From positions 3,776,001-3,840,000 of the forward strand of contig CBDCXR010000004.1 of assembly GCA_965223845.1 (NCBI GenBank): 64,000 nt of DNA. The letters are read 5' to 3'. A program made the position numbers and the translations under genes. The notes below the pieces were generated by a model. The model saw nothing but the letters and a program-made list of their open reading frames with translations, made no database searches and was not told where the DNA came from. Shown piece after piece: positions 30,169 through 39,286 of this stretch (within the stretch, counting starts at the first letter, position 1; every line of letters begins with the position of its first letter). Origin of the DNA: Planctomycetota bacterium (GTDB taxonomy: Bacteria; Planctomycetota; UBA8108; SXIK01).

Positions 30169-31473
30169 GTGAGCTCGACGCACAACACCTTCGTGGGATT
30201 CGGCTTCGGTGCAATTCAGGCCGGGCTCTTCGCGCTCGAGGCCCAGCGCTCCGGACGCTTCGAGCGGATCGTGCTGGTCGAGGTCATCCCGGAGCTGGTC
30301 CACGCCGTTCGAGCGGCCGAAGGACGCTTTCGCGTCAACGTCGCCCACCTCGACCGGGTCGAGGACGTCGGCGTCGGTCCCGTCGAGATCTACGATCCCG
30401 CCGACGCGAGCGATCGCAGCCGGATCGTTCGCGCGATCGGCGAGGCCGCCGAGCTCGCCACGGCCGTTCCGAGCGTCGGCGCCTACTCGACCGGCGAACC
30501 CTCGAGCATCGACCGGCTGCTCGCGGACGGACTCGCCGCGCGACACGGGTCGGATCGCTCCGCGCCGCCACTCGTCGTCTACGCCGCGGAAAACCAGCTC
30601 GAAGCCGCAGCGATCCTCCGCGGAAAAGTCGCGAGCGCACTCGCGGGGACACCGCACCGCGACGCGGTTCTCTCCGGCGCCTGCTTTCTCGATACGGTGA
30701 TCGGGAAAATGAGCGCGGTCGTGAGTGATCCTCGCCGTATCGCGGCGGAAACGCTCGCTCCGATCGCTCCAGGGATCGACCGCGCGTTCCTCGTCGAAGC
30801 GTTTCGCCACATTCTCGTCTCGCGGGTAGAGCGCGCCGACGGAACGCGCATCGATCGCTGCCTCGACATCTTCGAGGAGAAGGTCGACCTCACGCCTTTC
30901 GAGGAAGCGAAGCTCTTCGGTCACAACGCGACGCACGCGCTCGCCGGCTACCTTGCGGCGGCGCTCGGAATCGGTCGGATGGCGGAAATCGCAAGCGTTC
31001 CGGGGGCAATCGAGTTTCTTCGCGACGCGTTCACCACGGAGTCTTGGCCCGCGCTCGCAGCTCGTTGGGCGGACGTCGATCCGCTCTTCACCACGTCCGG
31101 CTACGCGCGCTACGGCGACGAGCTCATCGACCGGATGCTCAATCCGTTCCTCGGCGATCCGGTCGCCCGCATCACCCGCGATCCCGAGCGCAAGCTCGGC
31201 TGGGATGATCGACTCGTCGGCGTGGTGCGACGGGCGCGCGCAGCCGGGGTGCCCGCACGGCGCTACGCGCTCGGGACGGTCGCGGCTCTCGATGCGAATT
31301 CCCCGGCGCTCCTCTCGAGCTGGTCCGAAGCCGAGACGTTCCTCCGAAACCTCTGGCCCGCGAGCGCGCCCGCCGGCGAAGTCGAGGCGATCCTCGATCT
31401 CGTTCGCGACGCAACGGGGGCGTTTCTCCGGTGGCGGAGCTCGGCGAGCCGAACATTTCCCTCGGTCGAGTAG
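30169..31473 (+). CDS. Mannitol-1-phosphate 5-dehydrogenase-like polyol dehydrogenase
   Basis: Motifs GFGFGAI, AEN, KLFGHNATHA and NPFLGDPVARITRDPERKLGWDDRL (MtlD family signature). Confidence 0.8.
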   Translation: MSSTHNTFVGFGFGAIQAGLFALEAQRSGRFERIVLVEVIPELVHAVRAAEGRFRVNVAHLDRVEDVGVGPVEIYDPADASDRSRIVRAIGEAAELATAVPSVGAYSTGEPSSIDRLLADGLAARHGSDRSAPPLVVYAAENQLEAAAILRGKVASALAGTPHRDAVLSGACFLDTVIGKMSAVVSDPRRIAAETLAPIAPGIDRAFLVEAFRHILVSRVERADGTRIDRCLDIFEEKVDLTPFEEAKLFGHNATHALAGYLAAALGIGRMAEIASVPGAIEFLRDAFTTESWPALAARWADVDPLFTTSGYARYGDELIDRMLNPFLGDPVARITRDPERKLGWDDRLVGVVRRARAAGVPARRYALGTVAALDANSPALLSSWSEAETFLRNLWPASAPAGEVEAILDLVRDATGAFLRWRSSASRTFPSVE

Positions 31474-31691
31474 CGGGACCGCGCCGCCCGTCCGGTGAGC
31501 GGGGCCACGCGGCGGTCTCCCACCGTCCCGCTCGACGCCGCCGGCGCCCGGGCTCGATCGCGAGCGAAGGGCTGCCACGGAACGGTGAATTTGAGAGAAT
31601 GGCCGGCCGGCTCCGCGCGCGACGCGGGTGGACGCAGCGGACGGACGAGCAACGACACCGAACGACCGAGAGGAATCCCCAGAAGTCTACG

Positions 31692-33362
31692 ATGGCACAC
31701 GCAATCCAGATGCCCCGAGCGGGACAGAGCATGATCGAGGGCCGGGTCGTCGCGTGGCTCAAGAAGGAAGGCGAGGCCGTCGAGCGCGGCGAGCCTCTGC
31801 TCGAGATCGAGACCGACAAGGCGAATCTCGAAGTCGAAGCACTCGAGGCGGGCATCCTCCGCAAGGTGCTGGCGAAAGAAGGCGACGTCGTCCCCGTGCT
31901 GTCCGTGGTCGGCGTGATCGGCGCGGCGGACGAAGCGATCGACTACGATGCTCTCGTATCTGCCGCCGCCGAAGCGGCGGAGGAGTCTAAGCCGACCACC
32001 GACGCGGCGACGGAACCCTCGACGGAAGCGGCGACGCCGCCGGCTGACGCGGAGCTCGTCGGCCACACGGTGCTCATGCCCCAGGCGGGACAGAGCATGA
32101 CGGAAGGCCGAATCCTCTCGTGGCTGAAGAACGAAGGGGACGCGGTCGAGCGCGGCGAGCCGCTCGTAGAGATCGAAACGGACAAGGCGAATCTCGAGAT
32201 CGAGGCTCTCGCCGCGGGACATCTGCGCAAGATCTTCGCGAACGAAGGAGAGCTCGTCCCCGTGCTCGCCGCGGTCGCGGTGATCGGACCGAGAGACGCG
32301 GACATCGACTTCGACGAGCACGCGCGGCGCGCCGAGGCGGCGCGGGCGCAAGGGACCGCGCCGCCGCCCGCCGCGCCCACGGCGAGTCCGGCCCCCGCCC
32401 GCTCGCCCGCCGAGCCGGCGGCGGCGACGAATCCGCGGCGCCCGGCGCCCGCGGTGGCGAGCCCGACGGTGACCGCCGCCGCGTCGCGCCGTCTCGCCGC
32501 CTCGCCGCTAGCGCGGAGGGTCGCGAAGGAGCGCGGCGTCACGCTCTCCGCCGTCCGCGGCACCGGACCGAACGGGCGCATCCTCCGGCGCGACGTCGAG
32601 GCGGCGCCGGCCGGCGGCGGTCACGCAGCTGCGAATGGCGCGGGGATCGATCTCTCCGCGCTCGGTGCGAGCCGCCCGTACCCCGAACCGGCCGCGCGCC
32701 CGCCGGCCGAGGTTCCGCTGACCGGCATGCGGGGCGCGATCGCGTCGGCTCTCCAGCAGTCGAAGCAGACGCTCCCCCATTTCTACGAGGCGATCACCGC
32801 GGATGTGACGGCGCTTCTCGAGCGGAGGAGTGGGCTCGAGCAAGAAGGTGCCCGCGTTTCCGTGAACGACTTCGTCGTCCGGGCCGTCGCGATCGCACTA
32901 GCCGATGAACCTCGCGTCAACTGTCGCGTTGCGGACGATCGCATCGAATATCCTTCGGCGGTCAACATCGGCATCGCCGTCGGAACGGAAGACGGGCTCG
33001 TCGTCCCCGTCGTGCAGAACGCCGCGACGCTCGATCTCGTCGGACTCTCCGCCGAGTCGAAGCGCATCATCGAAGCCGCGCGCTCCGGGAAGTTGATCGG
33101 AATGGGAACGGGCACCTTCACGATCTCGAATCTCGGCATGTTCGGCATCGAGAGCTTCAGCGCGATCATCAATCCGCCGGAAGGCGCGATCCTCGCCGTC
33201 GGCGCCGCTCGACCCGAGCTCCGGCCCTGGGCCGGCGGCTTCGCGCCGCGAGCGGTGATGACGCTCACGCTTTCTGCGGACCACCGCGCGATCGATGGCG
33301 TGCTCGCCGCTCGATTCCTCAGTCGTCTGCGTTCGCTGCTCGAAGAGCCGGATCGGTTGTAA
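31692..33362 (+). CDS. 2-oxoacid dehydrogenase E2 (dihydrolipoamide acyltransferase) with two lipoyl domains
   Basis: Two EIETDKA motifs, E3-binding ASPLARR...GTGPNGRILRRD, GTFTISNLG and catalytic DHRAIDG. Confidence 0.93.
   Translation: MAHAIQMPRAGQSMIEGRVVAWLKKEGEAVERGEPLLEIETDKANLEVEALEAGILRKVLAKEGDVVPVLSVVGVIGAADEAIDYDALVSAAAEAAEESKPTTDAATEPSTEAATPPADAELVGHTVLMPQAGQSMTEGRILSWLKNEGDAVERGEPLVEIETDKANLEIEALAAGHLRKIFANEGELVPVLAAVAVIGPRDADIDFDEHARRAEAARAQGTAPPPAAPTASPAPARSPAEPAAATNPRRPAPAVASPTVTAAASRRLAASPLARRVAKERGVTLSAVRGTGPNGRILRRDVEAAPAGGGHAAANGAGIDLSALGASRPYPEPAARPPAEVPLTGMRGAIASALQQSKQTLPHFYEAITADVTALLERRSGLEQEGARVSVNDFVVRAVAIALADEPRVNCRVADDRIEYPSAVNIGIAVGTEDGLVVPVVQNAATLDLVGLSAESKRIIEAARSGKLIGMGTGTFTISNLGMFGIESFSAIINPPEGAILAVGAARPELRPWAGGFAPRAVMTLTLSADHRAIDGVLAARFLSRLRSLLEEPDRL
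31710..32288 (+). repeat. Intragenic duplication of the lipoyl domain
   Basis: 31710-31922 and 32076-32288 are visibly similar at DNA level (offset 366 nt), e.g. GGGACAGAGCATGA and GTCGAGCGCGGCGAGCC. Confidence 0.85.
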
Positions 33363-33401
33363 AACTCGCGGGGGATCGACGCCTCGAGGCGTCGGTTCGA
33401 G

Positions 33402-34112
33402 TCAACCGTTCGCGAGCGCTTCGGCCTCCGCCGCGACGAGTAGCCGGAGATTCCGATCGAACACGCTCGTGAACGACCGGTGAACCGCGCCGCAGAGCGC
33501 CGTCCACTCGGGAAGAGACCCGGCCGGCAACTCGCGCTCGAGGCTCGTTACTTCGGCGTCCGAGATCCCGCAGGGAACGATCGTATCGAAGCCGTCGAGA
33601 TCTCTCTCGACGTTGAGAGCGAAGCCGTGTGACGTCACCCACTGCTGCGCGCGGATGCCGATCGCCGCGATCTTGCGCGGAGCCGCGTCCGGACCGACCC
33701 ACACTCCCGTGCGCCCGTCGACGCGTCGCCCGACGATCTCGTAATCCGCGAGTACTCCGAGCAGAGCCTCCTCGACGCGCCGAAGATAGGCGTGGAGGTC
33801 CCGCTCGTCGCCCGAGAGCTGGACGATCGGATATCCGACGAGTTGCCCCGGACGGTGAAACGTCACGTCGCCGCCGCGGCGCGACGGGACGATCGCGATG
33901 CCGCGCGAGGCGTACTCGGCTCGCGGGAGGCGGAGATGCTCATCGCCACCTCTCGTGCCCCACGTCACCGTAGGCGGGTGCTCGAGGAGCCACAGAAGAT
34001 CCGGAATCTCGTCCGCTGCACGGCGTTTGACGAGACGCTCTTGCGTTCGCGTGGCGTCGTCGTAGCGGATCGGAGTTCGAGGTGTACGGACGTTCTCGGG
34101 GAGGAGATTCAC
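33402..34112 (-). CDS. lipB: Lipoyl(octanoyl) transferase
   Basis: Motifs LLEHPP, RGGDVTFHRPGQLVGYPI, KIAAIG, HGFALN and IVPCG. Confidence 0.93.
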   Translation of the reverse strand: MNLLPENVRTPRTPIRYDDATRTQERLVKRRAADEIPDLLWLLEHPPTVTWGTRGGDEHLRLPRAEYASRGIAIVPSRRGGDVTFHRPGQLVGYPIVQLSGDERDLHAYLRRVEEALLGVLADYEIVGRRVDGRTGVWVGPDAAPRKIAAIGIRAQQWVTSHGFALNVERDLDGFDTIVPCGISDAEVTSLERELPAGSLPEWTALCGAVHRSFTSVFDRNLRLLVAAEAEALANG

Positions 34113-34140
34113 ACGAAGTGCGCGAAGGATCGCGAAGGGA

Positions 34141-34188
34141 GAGAAGAAGTAAGAATAAGAGTAGGAATGAGAGCGAGAATAAAAGGAA
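34141..34188. repeat. Degenerate purine-rich hexamer tract
   Basis: GAGAAG AAGTAA GAATAA GAGTAG GAATGA GAGCGA GAATAA AAGGAA. Confidence 0.55.
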
Positions 34189-34208
34189 GCGCGCCCGGGT
34201 GGGAAGGA

Positions 34209-34246
34209 AAACGCCCGGCGAACGGGGAACCGGTCGCCGGGCGTTT
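34209..34246 (-). terminator. Intrinsic terminator after amtB
   Basis: Perfect 13-bp stem AAACGCCCGGCGA/TCGCCGGGCGTTT, 22 nt after the stop, followed by TCCTT on the minus strand. Confidence 0.75.
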
Positions 34247-34268
34247 CGCTATTACCGACTGAAGCGAG

Positions 34269-35657
34269 TTACACGTCGTAGCCGACTTCGCCGTGCTGCG
34301 AGAGGTCGAGGCCCTGGAGCTCCTCGTCCTCGCTCGCGCGGAATCCCTTCGTGACCGCGTTCACGATTGCGTAGAGGATCGCCGTCACGACGGCGGAGTA
34401 CACCATGGTGATGACGACGGCGAGAATCTGCGTGAGGATCAACCCGCCGCTCGGCACTCCGCCTACAGAGACGAAGACGCCCGTGAGGATCGCGCCGACG
34501 GTTCCACCGACTCCGTGGACGCCGAACGCGTCGAGCGAGTCATCGAATCCGAGGCGCGCCTTGAGGACGGCGACGCAGAAGTAGCACACCGCCGCGACGA
34601 TGACGCCCATGATGAGAGCGGCTCCGGGCTGGACGTATCCCGCCGCCGGGGTGATGCAGACGAGGCCCGCAACGAGTCCCGTGGCGACGCCGAGCACGGT
34701 GGCCTTTCCGTGGTGGACCCGCTCGATCACCGCCCACGCGAGAGCGGCCGATGCCGCGCAAACGTGAGTGACGGTGAACGCGAGAACGGCGGTCCCGTCG
34801 CTCGCGAGACCGCTCCCGCCGTTGAATCCGAACCAGCCGAACCAGAGGAGACCGGCTCCGAGCACGGTGAGGGTCAGGTTATTCGGCGCCATTTTCTGCT
34901 GCGGGTAGCCGCGGCGCTTCCCGATGAGGATCGCGAGAACGAGCGCGGACACACCCGACGAGATGTGGACGACGGTTCCACCGGCGAAGTCGATCGCGCC
35001 GTAGCCGGTCACGCCTTCGAGCCACCCGTCACCACCGAGCAGGCCACCACCCCAGACCCAGTGGCAGATCGGATCGTAGACGAGCGTCGCCCAGAGGAGC
35101 GTGAAGAGGACGTAGGGTCCGAACCGCACGCGTTCCGCGAACGCTCCGGCGATGAGGGCCGGCGTGATGATCGCGAACATCATCTGGAAGGTCATGAAGA
35201 GCATGTGCGGGATGACGTGTCCCGAGTTCGGTTGGGGCGCATCCCAAGCGACTCCGCTCAGCATGAAGTAGTCCATGCCGCCGATGAATCCGCCCACATC
35301 GGTCCCGAAGGCGAGACTGTAGCCGATCACCACCCACTGCACGCTCACGAGTCCCATGCAGAACACGCTGTGCATCATCGTCCCGAGGACGTTCTTCGAG
35401 CGCACCATGCCCGCGTAGAAGAGGGCGAGGCCCGGCGTCATGAGGAGTACTAATGCGCACGAGGCGAGAATCCACGCGATCGATCCCGAATCGAGCGCCG
35501 ACGCCACCTCGGCGGCGGCTTCGGCAGCGGCTTCGGTGGCAGCCTCGACGACTTCGGCGCCCTCGGCACCTTCACCCTGGCCGAAAGCGATCGCCGGCAT
35601 CCCGGCACTGAGCAGGCCGGCGACCCAAGATCGCCGGCGTTTTGAGAAGGAAAACAT
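34269..35657 (-). CDS. amtB: Ammonium transporter
   Basis: Motifs LMTPGLALFYAG, FQMMFAIITPALIAG, DFAGGTVVH, WFGWFGFNGGS and DDSLDAFGVHG (twin His intact). Confidence 0.96.
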   Translation of the reverse strand: MFSFSKRRRSWVAGLLSAGMPAIAFGQGEGAEGAEVVEAATEAAAEAAAEVASALDSGSIAWILASCALVLLMTPGLALFYAGMVRSKNVLGTMMHSVFCMGLVSVQWVVIGYSLAFGTDVGGFIGGMDYFMLSGVAWDAPQPNSGHVIPHMLFMTFQMMFAIITPALIAGAFAERVRFGPYVLFTLLWATLVYDPICHWVWGGGLLGGDGWLEGVTGYGAIDFAGGTVVHISSGVSALVLAILIGKRRGYPQQKMAPNNLTLTVLGAGLLWFGWFGFNGGSGLASDGTAVLAFTVTHVCAASAALAWAVIERVHHGKATVLGVATGLVAGLVCITPAAGYVQPGAALIMGVIVAAVCYFCVAVLKARLGFDDSLDAFGVHGVGGTVGAILTGVFVSVGGVPSGGLILTQILAVVITMVYSAVVTAILYAIVNAVTKGFRASEDEELQGLDLSQHGEVGYDV

Positions 35658-35784
35658 CTCGAATGACCTCAAACGAAGTTTGCTTGCGGAACGCGACGTC
35701 GGTGGGGACCCCTCCACCACGGAGTCGCACGCGCGAACAAACGCGAGGAATCGTCCTCCGGAAGCTGCCTCGACCGCGAGTGCG

Positions 35785-36132
35785 TTAGATCGCCTCGTTG
35801 CCGCGTTCGCCCGTGCGGATGCGCACGCAGTCTTCGAGCGGAAGGACGAAGATCTTGCCGTCTCCGATCTTCCCTTCCTCGCCGGTGCGACCGCCGCGGA
35901 TGATCGCCTCGATCGTCGCCTCGACGAATTCGTCGTTGACCGCAATCTCGAGCCGAACTTTCGGGATGAGATTCACCTGGTACTCGTGACCGCGGTAAAT
36001 CTCGGTGTGTCCCTTCTGGCGTCCGAGCCCCTGCGCGTCGCTAACGGTGAGGCGAAAGACCTCGACCGAGCTGAGCGCTTCTTTCACCGCCTCAAGTCGA
36101 GACGGCTGCACGACAGCGATGATGTACTTCAT
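35785..36132 (-). CDS. glnK: P-II nitrogen regulator
   Basis: T-loop GRQKGHTEIYRGHEY, and IGDGKIFV...RIRTGERG; directly upstream of amtB. Confidence 0.95.
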   Translation of the reverse strand: MKYIIAVVQPSRLEAVKEALSSVEVFRLTVSDAQGLGRQKGHTEIYRGHEYQVNLIPKVRLEIAVNDEFVEATIEAIIRGGRTGEEGKIGDGKIFVLPLEDCVRIRTGERGNEAI

Positions 36133-36285
36133 AGGAACCTCTCCGATGGGCTGTTCTCTCGACGGTGGAGCTCGGGCCGATTCGGCGCGAATCGGATCAG
36201 AAACAACCCTCCTCGCCGCACCGCGAGATTCGTTCATCCTCTCTAGTTTGAGCCGATCGCCCTCGACGACCGGCGCCGAAAGCTT

Positions 36286-39015
36286 TTACCCCACGCCTGT
36301 AGTCTCCGCACCACTCTCCTCGGGCTCCGCCGCGTCGCGGCCGCGCGCCCGAAGGAGCAGCTCTCTCTCGACACGACGTTGAATCTCCGGGTCACTCACC
36401 TTCAACCCGTCGGCTCCGAGCACGTAGAAGACGTCTCGAACTCGAGCGCCGAAGGTGGAAAGTTTTGCCGTGTGGACGCCGAGGCCGCGCTCGTGGAGAC
36501 CCGACGCCACATCGAACAGGAGGCCGGGCCGGTCTCCCGCATTCACCTCGATCACCGTAAACCGTTCCGAGCTCACGTTGTTGATCGTCACCCGCGGCCC
36601 GTACAACGGACGGGGAGCTCGATGGCGCCCGAGTCTCGCGCGGTGCTCCTCCACGACGCTCGAAACTTCGATCGCTGACGATTCTAAAGACGCGAAGGAG
36701 CCGCGCAGGCGCTCGATTCGCGTCGAGACGGGGATCCTCACGCCGTCGTCGACCTCGACGATGAACTGATCGATCGCGAAGCCATCGGCGTGCGAGTAGA
36801 TGCGCGCCCCGAGAACGCTGAACCCCTGACAAAAGAGAAGCCCGGTCAACTCGGCAAATAGTCCGGGGCGATCGGGAGCGCAGATGCTCACCTCGTGGTA
36901 GTCGCCGAACGCCTCCGCGCTCACCCCGACCGATCCGTGCTCGCGGACCCCGTCTAGCAACTCGACGTGACGGAGCATCGTCTCCGGGCGCACTTCGCGC
37001 CCGTAGTCGGAGCCCTCCATCGAACGGCAATGCTCCCGCAGTCTCGCGCGCTGCGCGTCGTCGAGGTCGGCGTCCTCGACGAGGGACCGCAGCTCGGTCC
37101 CCGCTGGCTCTCCCGTGCGCAGCCGCTCGAGTGTGTTCTCGTACACTTCCTTGAGCTGTGCGCCCTTCCACCCCGTCCAAGTGCCCGGGCCGACAGATTT
37201 GATGTCGAGGTGAGTCAGTAGGTAGAGCATCTTGAGCCGTTCCGCGGTTTCGCACGCTGTCGCGAGCCCCGCGATGACGTCGGGGTCCGAGTAGTTCCGC
37301 CGCTCGGAGACTCGGAAGAGTCGAAGATGCCGGTAGACGAGGAATTCGACCGCGGATGCGATCTCGCTCGTTAGCCCCAATCGCTCACAAACGATGGCCG
37401 AAATCGTCCAGCCGCTCACCGAATGATCGCCTTCGAATGCCTTTCCGACGTCGTGGAGAAGAAGCGCGAGGCGGAGCGGCAAAGGATCGCTGAGCTCGTC
37501 GTAGACGCGGCGGAACTCGCGCTCGGTCGAGTCGTCGCCCTCGGCGATGCGGTCGAGCTCACGGAGGGCACGAAGCGTGTGGGCATCGACGGTGAAATGG
37601 TGGTGTCCATCGAAGCTGACGAGACAATCGAGCTTCCGGAACTCCGGTAGAATCCGTGCGAGGAGCCCGGTCTCGTGCATCGCGGTCAACGCTTCCCCGA
37701 CGCGTTGCTCGTGCCGCAGAATCGAGACGAACTTGCGCATCACCGGAGCCGAGTGCGTCAAGTCGCCCGGCTCGCGCGCGACGCGCTGGCGAATCCATTC
37801 GCGCAGCGTTTCGCTCGGTCGAATGTCTTTCTTCTGTGCGACGCGAAGGAAGTCGAGGATCTCCTCGGGCGTCCCTCCGTTCGGCGGATCACCCGCGAGG
37901 TAAAGACGTCCCCGGTACGAATTGAGGACCGGGTGGACGCGATCGGCGACGAATGTCCGCGTGACCCAACTGAACGAACGACGCCCGCGCGTTTCGCTTT
38001 CCACGTAGTAGCGAAGAAAGCAATCGACGGCGCGGGTGTGACGGTAGTAGTCGCCCATGAGCTCCTCGACCGCGGCACGCGGATCGGCATCGGATCCGTA
38101 GCCGAGGTGTCGAGCGACGGCGAACTGGGTATCGCGCTCGAGCACGTCGAGGCGACTCTCGCTCTCCAAGTGGAGGGCACAGCGAACGCGGAGAAGAAAG
38201 CGATACGCCGCGCGCCAAGCGGTGACGTGATCCACGGAGAAGTCGCCCGTCTGGGAGAGGCTGCGCATGCCTCGTCCGGCGTGGCGGAGATTCTCGATCC
38301 ACCGAACGCGCTGAAGATCACGGAGTCCGCAGATGCCGTCTTTCGTGTCGGGTTCGATGACGTACAGAGTGCGGCGCGGATCCTCGAGAGACTCGCGGAG
38401 AAGTCGCACCTGCTCCGAGCAGAATCTCGCTCCCCGACGTCGCCGATACCGCCAGAGCGCTTTCTCGCGGAACGTCGAGTAGACTTCGTCGCTTCCCCAG
38501 AGGTGGCGGGCGTCGAGAAGAGCCGTCGCCGTGCTCAGATCGTCGTGCATCCACCCGAAGCACTCCCGCGGCGATCGCACCGAGTGACCGAGTTCGAGCC
38601 CCGCGTCCCAGAGAAGAGGGACGAGTCGCTCCACGCGATCCGTCGCGGCGCCCCGGCGAATGAGCACCAGGAGATCGACATCGGAATGCGGGCATTGCTC
38701 CGCGCGACCGAATCCGCCCACCGCGGCCAAGCAAACGCTCGCGGGCTCGAGCTCCGCGGCCAGAGCGCGCTCGACGACGACGCGATCGATCGCGGTCGAA
38801 AACGAGCGACAGGCTTCGAACGCGTCGCGGCCGGACTGAATCTCGCGGCGGAGTTGAGCGAGCGCGGAGTCGACCGAGGCGCGCTTCGCGTCGAGTCCCT
38901 CCGAGGCGCGCGGCGACGATCCGCGCATTCGCTCGCCGGAGTCGAGTCTCGGCCCGCCCGACCGGGACGAGTCGCCGGAATCTAGCGCCGGGCTCTCTGA
39001 ATTCATTCGGGCCAT
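36286..39015 (-). CDS. glnD: [Protein-PII] uridylyltransferase / uridylyl-removing enzyme
   Basis: Motifs AVGGFGR...SDVDLL, EPDTKDG..GLRD, HHFTVDAH, LLHDVGK and two ACT domains (DRPGL). The exact start is uncertain. Confidence 0.93.
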   Translation of the reverse strand: MARMNSESPALDSGDSSRSGGPRLDSGERMRGSSPRASEGLDAKRASVDSALAQLRREIQSGRDAFEACRSFSTAIDRVVVERALAAELEPASVCLAAVGGFGRAEQCPHSDVDLLVLIRRGAATDRVERLVPLLWDAGLELGHSVRSPRECFGWMHDDLSTATALLDARHLWGSDEVYSTFREKALWRYRRRRGARFCSEQVRLLRESLEDPRRTLYVIEPDTKDGICGLRDLQRVRWIENLRHAGRGMRSLSQTGDFSVDHVTAWRAAYRFLLRVRCALHLESESRLDVLERDTQFAVARHLGYGSDADPRAAVEELMGDYYRHTRAVDCFLRYYVESETRGRRSFSWVTRTFVADRVHPVLNSYRGRLYLAGDPPNGGTPEEILDFLRVAQKKDIRPSETLREWIRQRVAREPGDLTHSAPVMRKFVSILRHEQRVGEALTAMHETGLLARILPEFRKLDCLVSFDGHHHFTVDAHTLRALRELDRIAEGDDSTEREFRRVYDELSDPLPLRLALLLHDVGKAFEGDHSVSGWTISAIVCERLGLTSEIASAVEFLVYRHLRLFRVSERRNYSDPDVIAGLATACETAERLKMLYLLTHLDIKSVGPGTWTGWKGAQLKEVYENTLERLRTGEPAGTELRSLVEDADLDDAQRARLREHCRSMEGSDYGREVRPETMLRHVELLDGVREHGSVGVSAEAFGDYHEVSICAPDRPGLFAELTGLLFCQGFSVLGARIYSHADGFAIDQFIVEVDDGVRIPVSTRIERLRGSFASLESSAIEVSSVVEEHRARLGRHRAPRPLYGPRVTINNVSSERFTVIEVNAGDRPGLLFDVASGLHERGLGVHTAKLSTFGARVRDVFYVLGADGLKVSDPEIQRRVERELLLRARGRDAAEPEESGAETTGVG

Positions 39016-39286
39016 ACAAGTCCATCGACCCAGGCGGAGCTCCGCCGAGTCGAGATCTGCCGCTTCGGCGATCCGGAGGGGCTCGGCAAACGCACGAGAG
39101 CTCGAGACGGTACCGTCCGATCTCGCGTTTCGTTCGCCGGCAGTCCAGGAGCGACGCGAGCGAGCGAGCAAGTCCTATCTTGAAACTGTATGGACCCCCA
39201 ATGGTCGCGCGCATTGTGGCCGATGGGCGGGCACGGCGCAAGCCCGCCGCCTCTCCCGCCTAAACGAGATCGACCGCGCGGCGAGA

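Noticed and set aside
24275-30172. Long plus-strand ORFs 24275-26032, 26047-27261 and 28565-30172
   Set aside because: They are antisense to well-supported genes and show no recognisable motifs.
35658-36285. Glutamine (glnA) riboswitch or sigma54 promoter near glnK-amtB
   Set aside because: Neither the CGUU...GGAAGUA...GAAGnAACG pattern nor TGGCAC-N5-TTGC is present on the coding strand.
39229-39243. GG-N10-GC sigma54-like site
   Set aside because: It is on the plus strand, points away from glnD, and lacks TTGC.
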